From Lytechinus pictus (taxonomy: Eukaryota), in contig NC_087246.1 of the NCBI RefSeq assembly GCF_037042905.1, positions 66,650,001 to 66,714,000 on the forward strand: a stretch of 64,000 nt of DNA, given 5' to 3'. The notes beneath the pieces were generated by a model. The model had not been told where the DNA came from and made no database searches. It saw nothing but the letters and a program-made list of their open reading frames with translations. The translations under genes and the position numbers were made by a program. Of the stretch, positions 1-11,943 are shown one piece after another (positions within the stretch are counted from its first letter, which is position 1; every line of letters begins with the position of its first letter).

Positions 1-1032
1 TGCAATGATGTTTTGGAAGCTCATGGTGGAAATGGACAAACAGCAGATGATATCACCAATGAAGGGATTGACAATGTTGATTCATCAGATATGCAGCAAA
101 CATCCACCTTGAGCGATGCAGATGCAACAGGAGCAGGGGACATGGGCTATCAGGCTAATGTGAATCGGGATGATAGTTTGCAGGATCAGGTGTCGGCTTT
201 GACTGACTGTGCTGACACATTGCAGGAAGCAGTGGTCTCCAAAGTTATGGATTGTGGAGATGGTCCTGTTGCTGACGCCATAGATGCATCACCAGATGCA
301 GCTTTCTCATCACTAGCTTCCACCCCTCCGTCTCACAGTGACTCTATCCCTGCAACAAGTGACATGGATGAACTGTGTAGCAGGCCAGGAGACTCCATAC
401 AAATGTTCTACGATGAACTGCAGACCTATTTCTCGTGTTACACAGTAGAAATGAAAGGACGAAAAGGCTTCGGACTGAAGCACTTCTCATGTCCAAAATG
501 CGAGAGGAAGGATCTGCGTGGCAATAACTTGCAAGGTCACTTGGAGAATCACATTGAGAAAAAGGTGGTGGTCACTCCTGTGGATAACATACTTGGCAGC
601 CATGAGAATGCAAAGTGCCCAGAAGATTCCCAGAGCCTACAGATCTCATCTGAAGCAACAGATGTATTGCAACAATCGGTGACTGACACTCCTGTCACCA
701 GTCATGAGAATACAATGTCTCCAAATGAAACAGAGATACCAGAAGTGTCCAAAGACCATGGCAAAACTGTGCAGATGAAATCTGAAAGCCCAAGAGAGGA
801 TAAGTCAAATTCTGAAGAACTTGATAATCAGCCAGACATCAAGGCTACGGATGATGCCAACACTATCTACCTCACTGAGGATGAAATTTTTCATAAATAT
901 TTCACCAAGGACTTAAATGTGAAAGTCGAATTAGGGTTTGGATGTGAGTACCTTCAGTGTAACCAGTGTTCTTTTCGAACTCTGACCATCATGGACACGC
1001 CTTCTCATATTGGATCACATATCAAGAAAAAG
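1..1032 (+). CDS. Large exon, open past the left edge, of an unidentified acidic protein with two isolated C2H2-type zinc fingers
   Basis: Frame is open from base 1. Two C-x2-C-x12-H-x3-H motifs: CPKCERKDLRGNNLQGHLENH (~490-552) and CNQCSFRTLTIMDTPSHIGSH (~958-1020). Phase-0 donor AAG|GTAATT at 1032/1033, just before the ORF stop at 1050. Confidence 0.7.
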
Positions 1033-1965
1033 GTAATTCTTAAGAAATGAAAGAGTAAAAATACATGTATGTTCCGATAGCCAAAATCTTACGATAATGG
1101 TGACTTTACCTTGAATGGTACCTGTCCATCATGTTGTGATGCTAATAGGCTTGTTGAGCACTATGAGCATGGCAGCTACCATTGATGGCAAAGTTACCAC
1201 TATGATGATTTTATGCAACCAGTCCCTGGACATGATTTTGATCAATCTTTAGATAAAGGAAGGAATGATGGGGTTAATTCTAAGGGGTACTTTCATATTT
1301 TCAAGATATTTCTTGTTGAGAAGCCATTAACCATTATACAGATTTCATTGAGTGAAATGATCATCTTTTTATTTTAACATGCATTTGGAAACGTCAGATT
1401 CGATCTTCCTTTTCATCTACCCAATTGGTTTAATAACCATTCATGATAATTAGTACATTTTACACCAAAAGAAAATTTAAATTGCAGACATGCCAACAGG
1501 AGACAGCATAAGTATTGCAAGGTTATTCCTGTTAAGAGTTGAAAAACTATTTTGTATTTTTATCACATAATGTGATGTTCTTAGTTCCGAGATGCCTTCT
1601 TCCCCCCCCCCCCATTTTTTTTTTGCAGTATTTATTTATTTTTTTGAATAAAAATACTGCAGGTTTTAGAGAAATACTTTTTTTTCTCAAAATTGTGTTA
1701 TAAAGAATGTCTATTGCAGAAAACTTGAAAAGACTGTTTTTCTACCAGAAATCCTTTTTTTTCATCCCTATTTTGCAGTTCATTTTAGGAGGTTGGCATT
1801 TCTCTTGGTTTGAATAATAGCATTCAAAATTTCATATGAAAAGATATAAATAGTTATAATATTTTTTGGTAATTGATGTATTTAATGTGTAAAGGGCTGA
1901 GATACATAATGTCTTGAAAATTCATAACTGAAAAATAATGGATTATTATAATATGTGTTTTGTAG

Positions 1966-2019
1966 GAAATTGTTTTGGTAGACTCGATGTGCACTGTAGT
2001 AATCAAACCAAGTGTGTGA
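1966..2019 (+). CDS. Candidate short terminal exon of the zinc-finger gene (EIVLVDSMCTVVIKPSV*)
   Basis: Acceptor gtgttttgtag at 1965, phase 0 compatible with the donor at 1032, TGA at 2017-2019 followed directly by ATTAAA. No homology support. Confidence 0.25.
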   Translation, partial: EIVLVDSMCTVVIKPSV

Positions 2020-4829
2020 TTAAAAAGTGATTTGAATCTCTGTGCCTTTTGTTCTATTCTTCTTAGACTGGCTTTGTATATATTTAATCAAAATAAATGG
2101 TAGCTATTAACGTTTCTACTGCTATCCGCAAATGTGTTTAGATTTTATGTTTCAGTGGTTTTCCTCTTTATTATTTGGAATTGATGTTGCATTTTGAACA
2201 AACCAAATTTATAGTTATTTCCTAGATAGTGGTAAACATAATTTTGTTTTTTTAGATAACAAACTATAAAATTTTATGACTAATTCTCTTGACCCATCAA
2301 ATTGCACCATCTCAGTCGTGTTCATAAGAATTTTTTATTGTAACTTTTCATGTTGACATTTAGTTTTTTTGTTTTTTTTAAACAGGGCTGTGTTAAATTA
2401 AACGGATATGACAGAAGTTGTTATAATTATTGAAAAAAAATTGTTGAATTTTGATTACTTTGGCCTAACTGGAAAAAAAACTACTAGTATAGGTATACAT
2501 ATATTGTTGGCCTTGATTAATTGAAGGATTTAATAAGTCTACTGGTCTTTCAAATAATTGAATTAATATATGATTAATAATTTTTGCTTATCATTTTCCA
2601 ACGTAGAATGAGAAGTTTCATATTATATAATGGTTGGTTGAAAAGGAAGTTTTTAAAAGACACTTCAGGTGGTATGTGATTGCTATCAGGCAAGGATTTC
2701 TTCAGATTAGACACAAAAGTTTTTAGAGGCTGACTATTATACAAAAACAACATGGCCCCTGAAATGGGATTTTGTCAACTAGTATTCTGGCTGGATCTGT
2801 TCCTGATCGATTTTTGTTTTTTAAAGTGTTATTAACATACATTTGCTTTGATAAAGTGTTGGATTACCAGGCTTGCACAAGAGATCATCACGAGGATGAT
2901 GCTACGGCCTCATTCAAAATTAAAGTTGTTTTTTTTTCCTAAAGCTTTGGTGAATTGTTCAATGATAACATTGAGCTATCATCCAATATTCCAGTCTTAC
3001 AAAAGTATTTGGTTTTCTTTCACTGATTCTTTGTGAACCATTGAAATTGTGCATTGGATGATCCTAATCACCATCTTTCAGTAATGCTTTAATTTTTCTT
3101 TTCGAAAGGCTTGTTGAAAATTCTGACATAAATGCAGTGATTATATACATGTATCAGAAAATTAAAGACAGATATTATTTTCAAAATGTTCAGCCCATTC
3201 CCATGCTTGAGAAATGAATTCATACCAAAACCAAGAAATACACAATTAGGGATCCTGTCCAAACAATTTTGTTCAGTGAAATCTCAAAATCATCCACTAA
3301 AACATGTTTTCTTTTTTTAACTTATATCATCCACACATGAGATCAAATTGGAATAGTGACCAGTAATTTTGACGAGATTTACCAAACGGAAAAGAGGCTT
3401 TAATCAAAATCCAATATTTTTAATACAAGATCTGTCTATTCCATTGTTTTCTTTTATCCATGTCAGTTAAATTTTGTACAGGACAACACTTTTTTTCCTT
3501 CATACTCTCATTAATCTGTTGCATTGACTGGACATATTTAAGTAAAATCTGCTACTTTTTTTTATTTGATTTTTTTTTTAATGTAACCTTAATGCCATTG
3601 TGTGTTTTTTTGTTTCTACTTTATACTGTATGATTAGCTTTGTTTTTTTTTCTGTTGTTTTATGCTAAAATACTAAAATAGTGTTGCACATACATGTATA
3701 TTCATCTCATTACATGAAGAGAAGTTATCCTTCTTGCCTTAGTACATGTTTTCCTCCTTTTGTTTGGTGTTTCCAATACCTTTTTTTCCAAATAATGAAA
3801 ACTAGCAAGGGTGAATAAGGGTGATACATGAAATTTAACTTGTCGTTGTTAATACAAGAATGAAGCATGACTAGTAGAAATAGTTCATGTTCATTTAGAT
3901 AATCATTTGATAGGAAAAATAGAGCAAATATTATTTTCATGATTTTAATTCTATTCAAGATACCGGCTCATCAGATAATATGGTTTAAATGATAATACAC
4001 TGTACTGGTAATTGATACTTGATATCCCCTTACTGCCCGAAAAAAGAAAAATCAAACTTGAATTAATAGATATTGCTTTCTGGAGAGATGTCACTGTATC
4101 TCTTTTAGATATATTTATCACATTTAAGAGACTAATGTCAAAATATGAACATCCAAGGAACAAAAAAAAATTGAAAAACTACATGTATAGCGACTGCTCA
4201 TGTATTTCCTTTTGTAGTGTGTTTAACATTCCAGAGTGATTTGAAAAGACTTCATGTACTTGTGTAGAACAGCTTATTGTTACTGTTAAATTCAATGTTA
4301 TTCATGGGAAATGTACATATGCAGGAATTTTCTTTTGCCTTCTGTAGTTGTATTACATTAGTTTTGGAATGTAAATTTTCTTTTGTACCCTGCTACATGT
4401 ACGTACATAATTGTGTATCTTAACATTTGAGTTGCATACCGTACTATTGTTAGAGAGCTGATTTGATTGGCTTGGACAAGATGTTATGGATTTTTTTTGG
4501 ACCAGTTGTTTGGTTTGATCGAACAAAAACATATATTTCATGTGAAATTAAAGTCTTGAGGAGCAACTTATCTATTGTTCAAATTGAAATTTTGTGTTTT
4601 AGCTTGATTAAGTTGAAATCTTACTATTATCATCAGCAATATCATCATAATTATAATAGTATGAATTATGAAAGTAATAATGGTATCCATTATGGTATTT
4701 TTTTTTAAAATAATTAATTTACTTACTTTATTCATCAAAAATTGACCACTCAACCTTTTAATATGTCACTGATAATTCAGTTTACATATTGAATATTTTG
4801 TTTTCATGATTGGGAGCTTATTCAATTAA

Positions 4830-5580
4830 AGGGAGTACTTCAGGCTGAATATGATTTGAACAAATAGAGTAAAATCAGACAAGCACTAAATATTTGATTA
4901 AAATTTGGACAATGAATTAAAAAAGTTGTGATATTTCAATTTTTTTCATTATTTTGATAAACAGGTCTTCATGAATATGCAATGAGTGAGCTGATAATTC
5001 TTTTGTATTTTACTATAGGAAATGATGTTTATTCAAATTTTGTCCTCCAAGATTACATACATGTAACAATAGTATTGTCTTCAGATTTACTTGTCAAGAT
5101 AATTATAATATGCTGATTTGATTCATTACGAGGGCGACATGGTTTAACACACTCATCTATGAAAATGTTAATAGTGATTTCTTGAATAGCATAAAAAAAG
5201 GAGAGTCAGGCCATGACATCAGCTCACCTACTGCATATTCGAGATTGCAATTGGCAAATTACTTTTTCACAAAATATTGCAGAACTTTCAAATTCTATAA
5301 CTCAATATGCAACATTTATATAGCGCTTAATACAAATGTTTCTAAGCGATTTAACTATTACTTCGACTTTAGCATGGCTATCCTGATCGTAAACTCAAGC
5401 ATTCAAGGAATTCCTACCTACCGGTACACATTTACTACACCTATTCAAAGTGTAAACTGGATGGTTGAGTGGTCAATTTTTGATGAATAAAATAAGTAAT
5501 CAGATTTTGATGAAAAATTTGTTCATTGAATTTTACTCCATTTAGATACAGTATAATTATTTTCACCCTGAAGTACCCCT
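4830..5580. mobile_element. Non-autonomous TTAA-targeting DNA transposon (Kolobok-like MITE)
   Basis: TTAA|AGGGAGTACTTCAGGCTGAA at left and TTCACCCTGAAGTACCCCT|TTAT at right form terminal inverted repeats. Confidence 0.65.
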
Positions 5581-5889
5581 TTATGGATATATACCTACTA
5601 TTATTACATTAGTATGTCAAATGAATGCACACTTGTTTATCAATACATGCACATTTCAGGCATATACTGCAATCAGCATGGAAGATTGCCCAGATCAAGC
5701 AGGGAGTTGGGAAAAGCCATGTATGTAACTGGATTTATCATTATTATGAATACTCCATGGGACTCAAGGGGAAAAGCACAAAATTTGACTGCCTGTTGAA
5801 ATTGTTGATGAAATTTGAAAACTTGCCAAATAACCAGCCAATAATGATTACTCCATATGAACAGGAGATCAATGAACAATATTAAGCTC

Positions 5890-6328
5890 AATCGTCGAAG
5901 TGGTTTACAGTATACTTCATGTATGTGTAAAGTATTGGAAGGACCGAGATAAAAGTGGATAGAGGTAGAAGTGAAATGGAAAGGCAAGAAAGTGGATGTT
6001 TAGGAAGTATAGTATTGTCTTTGGAATGAGTGTAGTCCTTAAAAGGACTGAAAACCAGGAGTGGAAAGCTTGAGTAGTAGGCAGGGTGAGAGGTTTGAGT
6101 AGAAGGCTGATTAAGTTGGAGGGGTTACTCGAGTAGATGAGACAAGACCGGCTTGAGTCAGACTGGAGCTGTAGAGCAGGAGAGAAGATGCATTCTGAAA
6201 AGAATACTCTACTTTTATACTTAACCTCCACAATCTCACCTTTCCATTTCACTTCTATCTCTATCCATTTTAACTTGGTCCTTCCAGGACTTTACACATG
6301 ATGTACCATAAACGACTTCTGCGATTGT
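5890..6328. mobile_element. MITE-like element with ~95-bp diverged inverted repeats
   Basis: ...ttggaaggaccgagataaaagtggatagaggtagaagtgaaatggaaagg (~5935-5984) is the reverse complement of cctttccatttcacttctatctctatccattttaacttggtccttcca (~6239-6286); the match extends outward. Confidence 0.55.
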
Positions 6329-9141
6329 TCAAACCACCATCATGCAAACCTTCAAATATCTAATTATCATGCTTGGTTGTTTTTTAAATCAATGGTTATT
6401 TTATTTGTTTGTTTTTTCCGAAGTTGGTTAATATCAGTCCCACATGTATGACCACACATATAGCATTTGGCATTGACTTTTAACTTGAAGTTACTGATAA
6501 ACCTAGAGGTAGTTTAATGGACAGTCAGTGCCAAAATACATGTAGATGAAATTCTAATTGGAATACATGTACCCAAAGGTAGGGGGAGACCAAGGGCTGG
6601 AAAATTTGACAAGCAAAAAAAAAAAATAAATAATATTTCAATTGTGAATTATGTATTTTTCTCCATCATAAAAGACCAAAAATAGTAGAGGGGACATTTG
6701 ATATTGTGTCCCCCCTGGGATTTCCGCCCATGCATGTACCTGCCCAAGTCAAATCTTTTTTGACATGTTTCTAATAATCTGGTCTAAAAAATGCTTCCAA
6801 TTAGGTGAATATTCAACTTATAAAAGGTCGACTTAGGCAGAGTTACCTGTGTCATAATCCCAAAATTAGAAATTGCTTTAAGCTTCATTGTTCCATTTTA
6901 ATTAATTTTTTACATTTTTTTCATGATAGAATTCCCCTTAAAAACATTCCATGTGACTTCAAATTTACAGAGAATGAATTAAAATTTTGAAAATATAAAG
7001 TAATTAAATGTCAAACACAAAATGTAAAACCGGTGATTTACTTCCTATGAAATCTAGGGTAAGAATATAATTATCATTGTTTCAGAGTTAGTACGTTTGT
7101 TCCAATGCCACACAAACTTTATAAAGTAAGAGCAATAAGAGATAAATTATTGACTAATAAATCATAAAAAATGACAATGAAGTCACAATTACTGATAAAA
7201 TAAGTATTTTCATTGTCAAAATTAATACATTTTATTGATAAAATTCATTGCATCAAACATGAAAAATATACTATACCAGTATGTACAAAGGATAAACAAT
7301 GTTTCTGTGCACTGACCAGAAAATACATCACATACTTCGAAGATGAAATACTAGAAAATAATGAATACTTTCAAAATGGGAAAATTTATCCAATAAAGAA
7401 TTATGTGTATTATTAGAACTTGATGAATATTGATAATGATAAAGTAATAAACTTATAAAAGCTACAATTCCAATGAAAGGAAAACATGTATGTATACATG
7501 AAAACTAAAGTTTTTTATTTTCCATTTTCAACTATGATCAGTAATGACCCTGACCCCCTGAAAAGGGAAAACACTTTGACAATCATCTTATTCATGTAGC
7601 AAAATGATTTTTTTTTTAATTTTCCATGCATGCAACTACATTTTGATTTTTCCTTGATCATGTGTATATTCTTACGGTATTGAAAGTTCTAAAATGACTA
7701 ATGAAAAGTGTGGGAAACCTTTTTTAATTTCATGGCATGATAATATGAGATGATTAAGAAAAAAAGTAATCGCATCACATTCACATTATGTCAAATTATT
7801 CCATAATGCTTTATTTTGCTTTATTTCTTTCTTTTTTAGGGGGGGGGGTGGAAATATTTACTGAAGAATTGCACAAATTTTCCCAATTTCTGCAGACCCA
7901 TTTCCCTTATTAATGGTTAAATGGTTAAAGATGTGAATCATATCAAATGGAAAATTGGAATATCACACTCTTTCCAATCATGAGATTGAAATGTAGAATT
8001 AAGTTACTGCCGGTATCTCCATTATTCAGTAATGTAGCTTATAATGCTTATTGCTGTAGAGTGGCAATCACGAACCTTCTTATTACAATTCCTAAATAAC
8101 ATGAAAAGAAGTTTGAAAGACTCGCTTTACACCCAGCTCAAAATAGAATGATACGAGTATTCAATAAACTGAAAAACTTGACATTTCTACTATCCCTTTC
8201 TAGACTGAACAAAGAATGATAGAATACCTTTCCTTACCAAAGTTTTTCTGCGTATTGTAAATCTAAAATCTGAGGGACATTTCACAAAGTTTTTTAGTGT
8301 GAAATATGACAGTGCCAATACACAAAAAACATTGAAAACATAATGTCAATGATGATAACATAGCAATTCCTCGTTTACGAGCATAAGCTGATACATGCCA
8401 TGTGTGATAATGTCTTGTATAATACAACTAGGAATTTAAGGATGACATATGTCACAATTAAGTCTTTGTGAAACACTGAATTGTAATTTGCCCCCCCCCC
8501 CCCCCCCCCCCGAAAGAAGTAACTACTTATGTACAGCATTGTTATTACTTCTTTCTTCCGGGGAGGGGGGAGGGGGGGTGGATATTCACCTCCAGTATTG
8601 GGAGGTACATCATCTACTTTCTCCAATACATTGAGCTTGAGATACAGTAAAAGATCAGTAAGTGTTTTTCAAAGGAAAGTACTTCAACTCCTATTTTCAC
8701 CATCTCCATTAGACCAAGAACTTGAGTCTATGTACCGTTTATTGTTCCGCTGACTTCGGGATGGGAAAAGTGGAGAAAAGTCAGAAAATGATGAATAAAC
8801 AGTTGATGAACAGGTCTCTCTAGGATCAAATGAGCCTATTTGGGCCTAGATTGAGGACTGAACCTCCCAGAACATGATCAAGCCTATAAAAAGGGTAATT
8901 CATTGATGATTCAGCCTGACAAGTGACAAACAAAAAGGACTCCTTTTCAACGAAGCTCTTGTTCACCTGATGAAATTCAATATATCCATAATCCTGTGAT
9001 GTAGTACATGCACAGCATGTATAATAGTGATGTATTGTCATTTCACAAGGTTCAAGATTCAATTCCCTTTGATCTCAAGTATAACAGATTCATTCAAGGA
9101 GACTGCATCTGATGGCGAAGAGAATCCTGGCAGCACATCCA

Positions 9142-9300
9142 TCAATTTTCACTTTTGGAAATGTTGATCCCCGTCCGCCTGTAGAATTCGGATTTAACAT
9201 GGCCGACGCGGACATGAGCACGTCCGGGAGGATCCGCAAACTGGTCCAGCTTATGACCGTAGTTTGATGATGATAAAGTGGGTGTGACTTTCTCCTTCTC
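9142..9300 (-). CDS. CFAP90: CFAP90/C5orf49-like, exon 3 (EKEKVTPTLSSSNYGHKLDQFADPPGRAHVRVGHVKSEFYRRTGINISKSEN*)
   Basis: Acceptor tctttcag, phase 0. LSSSNYG and V..EFYR match the recalled C5orf49 C-terminus (LTSSVYG...VQADFYRKN). TGA at 9144-9142. Confidence 0.85.
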   Translation of the reverse strand, partial: EKEKVTPTLSSSNYGHKLDQFADPPGRAHVRVGHVKSEFYRRTGINISKSEN

Positions 9301-9848
9301 CTGAAAGAATGGATAGTAATTAATAATATCTCAATGAAAGATTATACATGTAGATTATACATGTAGATTAGAGTCCCACGCATAGGCCTATACATGTAAT
9401 TCTCTTTATGATCGTTCCAAATCTGAAGTCGTATATGTTTCAATTTGAATTTGACCGTTCTTTCTCTTTGCTTTCTTCTTAAAATGCTTGGAGCATTTTT
9501 ACCCCAAAATATGAAAACTGATTAATTAGCAACAAAATCCATGTGGCAGCATTACACGTCATCTTATTCAATGTACACAAATTCACCTACATCATAGAAA
9601 TCAACTCTTTTAGACCAATTTAATAGAACTTTTTGACCTTTCTTTGAATCTAGTCAATCAATATTGAAAATAGTCTGGCGAATGCAATCATTATTGTTAT
9701 GATTACAACATTAATAAAATAATGAATGCATACTGTACCATCATTTCTCTTTTTTAAGAGTTTAATATATTTTGCTTACAACAATTATGAAATAAAGAAT
9801 TTATTATTGGTAAGTGATGAAAAGGTGAATGGATATCATGACTCTAGG

Positions 9849-9978
9849 TACCTCAAGCGAAGTTCGTGCAGGCTCCACTCCACTTAACTACCGCTACACT
9901 ACACTCCACCTACCTGAGGTGGAGTAGGTGTAGTGTAGCGGTAGTGAAGTGGAGCCAGCACGAACTTCGCTCGAGGTA
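9849..9978. mobile_element. 130-bp foldback MITE with 9-bp TSD (Mutator-like) in CFAP90 intron 2
   Basis: TIRs TACCTCAAGCGAAGTTCGTGCAGGCTCCACT... and ...AGTGGAGCCAGCACGAACTTCGCTCGAGGTA; direct repeat GACTCTAGG at 9840-9848 and 9979-9987. Confidence 0.75.
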
Positions 9979-10027
9979 GACTCTAGGCAAAATTTCTGCT
10001 TTTAGATAGATTTAACATTAAAATTAC

Positions 10028-10144
10028 CTCATCATTAACCGTTAGTCCTTTGGATTTGGCATGTTCCCTGTCGCATCGATGAAGCTTGTTGTTATACCCT
10101 TCTGACCAATTGAAAAGTCGATCATATGTGGAATGACCCTTGGG
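10028..10144 (-). CDS. CFAP90: CFAP90/C5orf49-like, exon 2 (PKGHSTYDRLFNWSEGYNNKLHRCDREHAKSKGLTVNDE)
   Basis: KLHRxDREHAKSxGLxVN signature of C5orf49/CFAP90; acceptor catcacag and donor GAG|GTAATT; 117 nt, phase 0/0. Confidence 0.9.
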
Positions 10145-10584
10145 CTGTGATGAAATGGAAAACATTTTTATTCAGCATTATAATTCATATCATTTTATAA
10201 AATCATAATATTAATACTTCATAAAAACTTATTGGGATTTTTAACAAGCATTATTTTTAACATACATTTTTGCCCAATAAATAGGAGTCTTACTCTTAGG
10301 GTCTTAGGACTGTAACTTAGCCTTATAAGTTATAGGTACACCGAAAGAAAGTTATCACATTCACAATCACAGTTTTAATATCCCAGACATAATATTTTCT
10401 TACCACTTTGCTCTTTAGTCACGTAGGCACAAAGAATAAAATCATTAAGTTAGAATCCATAACAACTAACAGAATTAGTCTATTAACTAATACTTTATAG
10501 TCTATTTAATAACTAATATATTATTACTAAAACATTTCCCTAGGCCCAGACTCACTTTTGTCTGAGGCGAAGTTAAATACTCAC

Positions 10585-10737
10585 CGGCACTTTACTGTTG
10601 AAAGCGTTCATCTCGGCAGGGTCATTTCTTTTTGTTGGAACGAAACAAAACGCTGACTTTGCAGCGAGTGGATGTCCATCTTCCATCAAACCAGGGTACT
10701 CTTTCAGTGTCTTCCTTGGTGAAAGTTCCGAATCCAT
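10585..10737 (-). CDS. CFAP90: CFAP90/C5orf49-like, exon 1 (MDSELSPRKTLKEYPGLMEDGHPLAAKSAFCFVPTKRNDPAEMNAFNSKVP)
   Basis: ATG at 10737, donor CCG|GTGAGT. SAFCFVPTKRNDPAE resembles recalled SAFSYIPPRRLDPKE of C5orf49. Spliced protein is 142 aa. Confidence 0.85.
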
Positions 10738-10867
10738 TTTCCTTTAATATTATCCTATAAAGATATAGCCTATGTCAGATATTTGTAAACCTCAAATCAA
10801 CTACCCCCGATGTACCAATACCGTATAAAAGCCGGCATATATACGGTATGTGCATGCAGCGCGATCT

Positions 10868-10900
10868 ACTTCCGGGTATACACATTGGTTTCCAAGGCAC
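10868..10900 (-). promoter_or_regulatory. CFAP90 proximal promoter: ETS-like ACTTCCGG, CCAAT box and RFX X-box-like GTTTCCAAGGCAC
   Basis: Motifs lie 130-165 bp upstream of the ATG of a ciliary gene. X-box consensus is GTTNCCATGGNAAC. Confidence 0.45.
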
Positions 10901-11189
10901 AGATACAACATTTGTTCATGAATATTCATGACTTTAAGGGATCCGCGTCGCTCATTGGATAACTGCTAAATGATTGATCTGCTCCACTAATCAGTATACA
11001 GATCAGCTGCAGATGGATATCTCGTCAAGCTAACTACTGGGAGATATTATACACAAGACGTTCAATCCATGCATAGGCGCAGGCCTATACAAATATATAA
11101 TTTAGCAATTATATTACTGGTTTGAGATTGATAAAAGATTTATCTTTAAATGTTGTTTACTGAATCTAACTTGAATCATTGTAATATAT

Positions 11190-11615
11190 ATGATTGATCT
11201 GCTCCACTAATCAGTATTCGTCAAGCTAACTACTGAGAGATATTTTCTCTTTCCTTTTCTTTTTCCTTCTCTTTTTTCTTTCTCCCCTATCCCCCTCCTT
11301 CTCATTCGCTCTCTCTTTCTTTCTTTCTCTCACGCGCTGCCGCTCTCTCTCTTCGTCACTTTCTAATTTTCTCTCTAAACTTACGTTTCCCCTTTATGAC
11401 GTATCCTTTTCGTCATCCTTTGTGCGCTTTTGCTCACTGTTTTGGATACGCGCATCTTTATGATGCATTCGGATGCATTATTTTGACGCACTCTAATAAA
11501 TTTGTCATAACTTGACAAAGCCCTATGGGCGAAAATTCGTTAAAATATTACTGTCCACGGAGTTTTTATACTTTTCTTTGTTTGAACCTATTTATAATCT
11601 CCGAGCAGATCATTT

Positions 11616-11620
<5 letters not shown>
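11190..11620 (+). mobile_element. Probable solo pseudo-LTR of a Penelope-like (Neptune-type) retroelement beside (TA)n
   Basis: Pyrimidine-rich body, minimal hammerhead motif at 11508-11542, ends in a (TA)n microsatellite at ~11619. Confidence 0.45.
11508..11542 (+). ncRNA. Minimal type I hammerhead ribozyme motif (U3-A8 variant)
   Basis: TAAC-TTGACAA-A-GCCC-TAT-GGGC-GAAAATTC-GTTA: stem I TAAC/GTTA, core UUGAnAA, stem II GCCC/GGGC, GAAA, palindromic AAUU stem III, predicted UC cleavage site. Confidence 0.65.
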
Positions 11621-11650
<30 letters not shown>

Positions 11651-11699
11651 CGTAAATAATATATATATATATATAGGCGTAAATAATTCAAGCATTTAG

Positions 11700-11900
11700 T
11701 GTGCTGCACTGAACCCAGTGTGCTGCACAGTGTGCTGCACTCAACCCAGGTGAGGTAAATGGGTACCGGTAGGAAGTAATTCCTTAAAAAGCTGTGTGCG
11801 CTATGAACGCCTATAGCTTAGCCGGGTAATATAGGAGCGCCTTGAGCACCTAACAAGGTGGATATGTGCGCAATATAAATACCCTATATTATTATTATTA
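11700..11900 (+). mobile_element. SINE fragment (central conserved domain plus (TTA)n tail)
   Basis: tgtgctgcactcaacccaggtgaggtaaatgggtacc core shared with copies at ~21850 (-), ~31550 and ~35140; ends gcgccaatataaataccctatattattattatta. Confidence 0.7.
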
Positions 11901-11907
11901 TTCAAGC

Positions 11908-11943
<36 letters not shown>

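Noticed and set aside
13-1050. Complete single-exon 345-aa gene as given in the ORF track
   Set aside because: The start is TTG in a frame open past the window edge, and a good donor precedes the stop; it is better treated as an exon.
2848-9062. Numerous 60-110 aa ORFs
   Set aside because: Low-complexity AT-rich or repeat-derived translations without recognisable domains or consistent exon chains.
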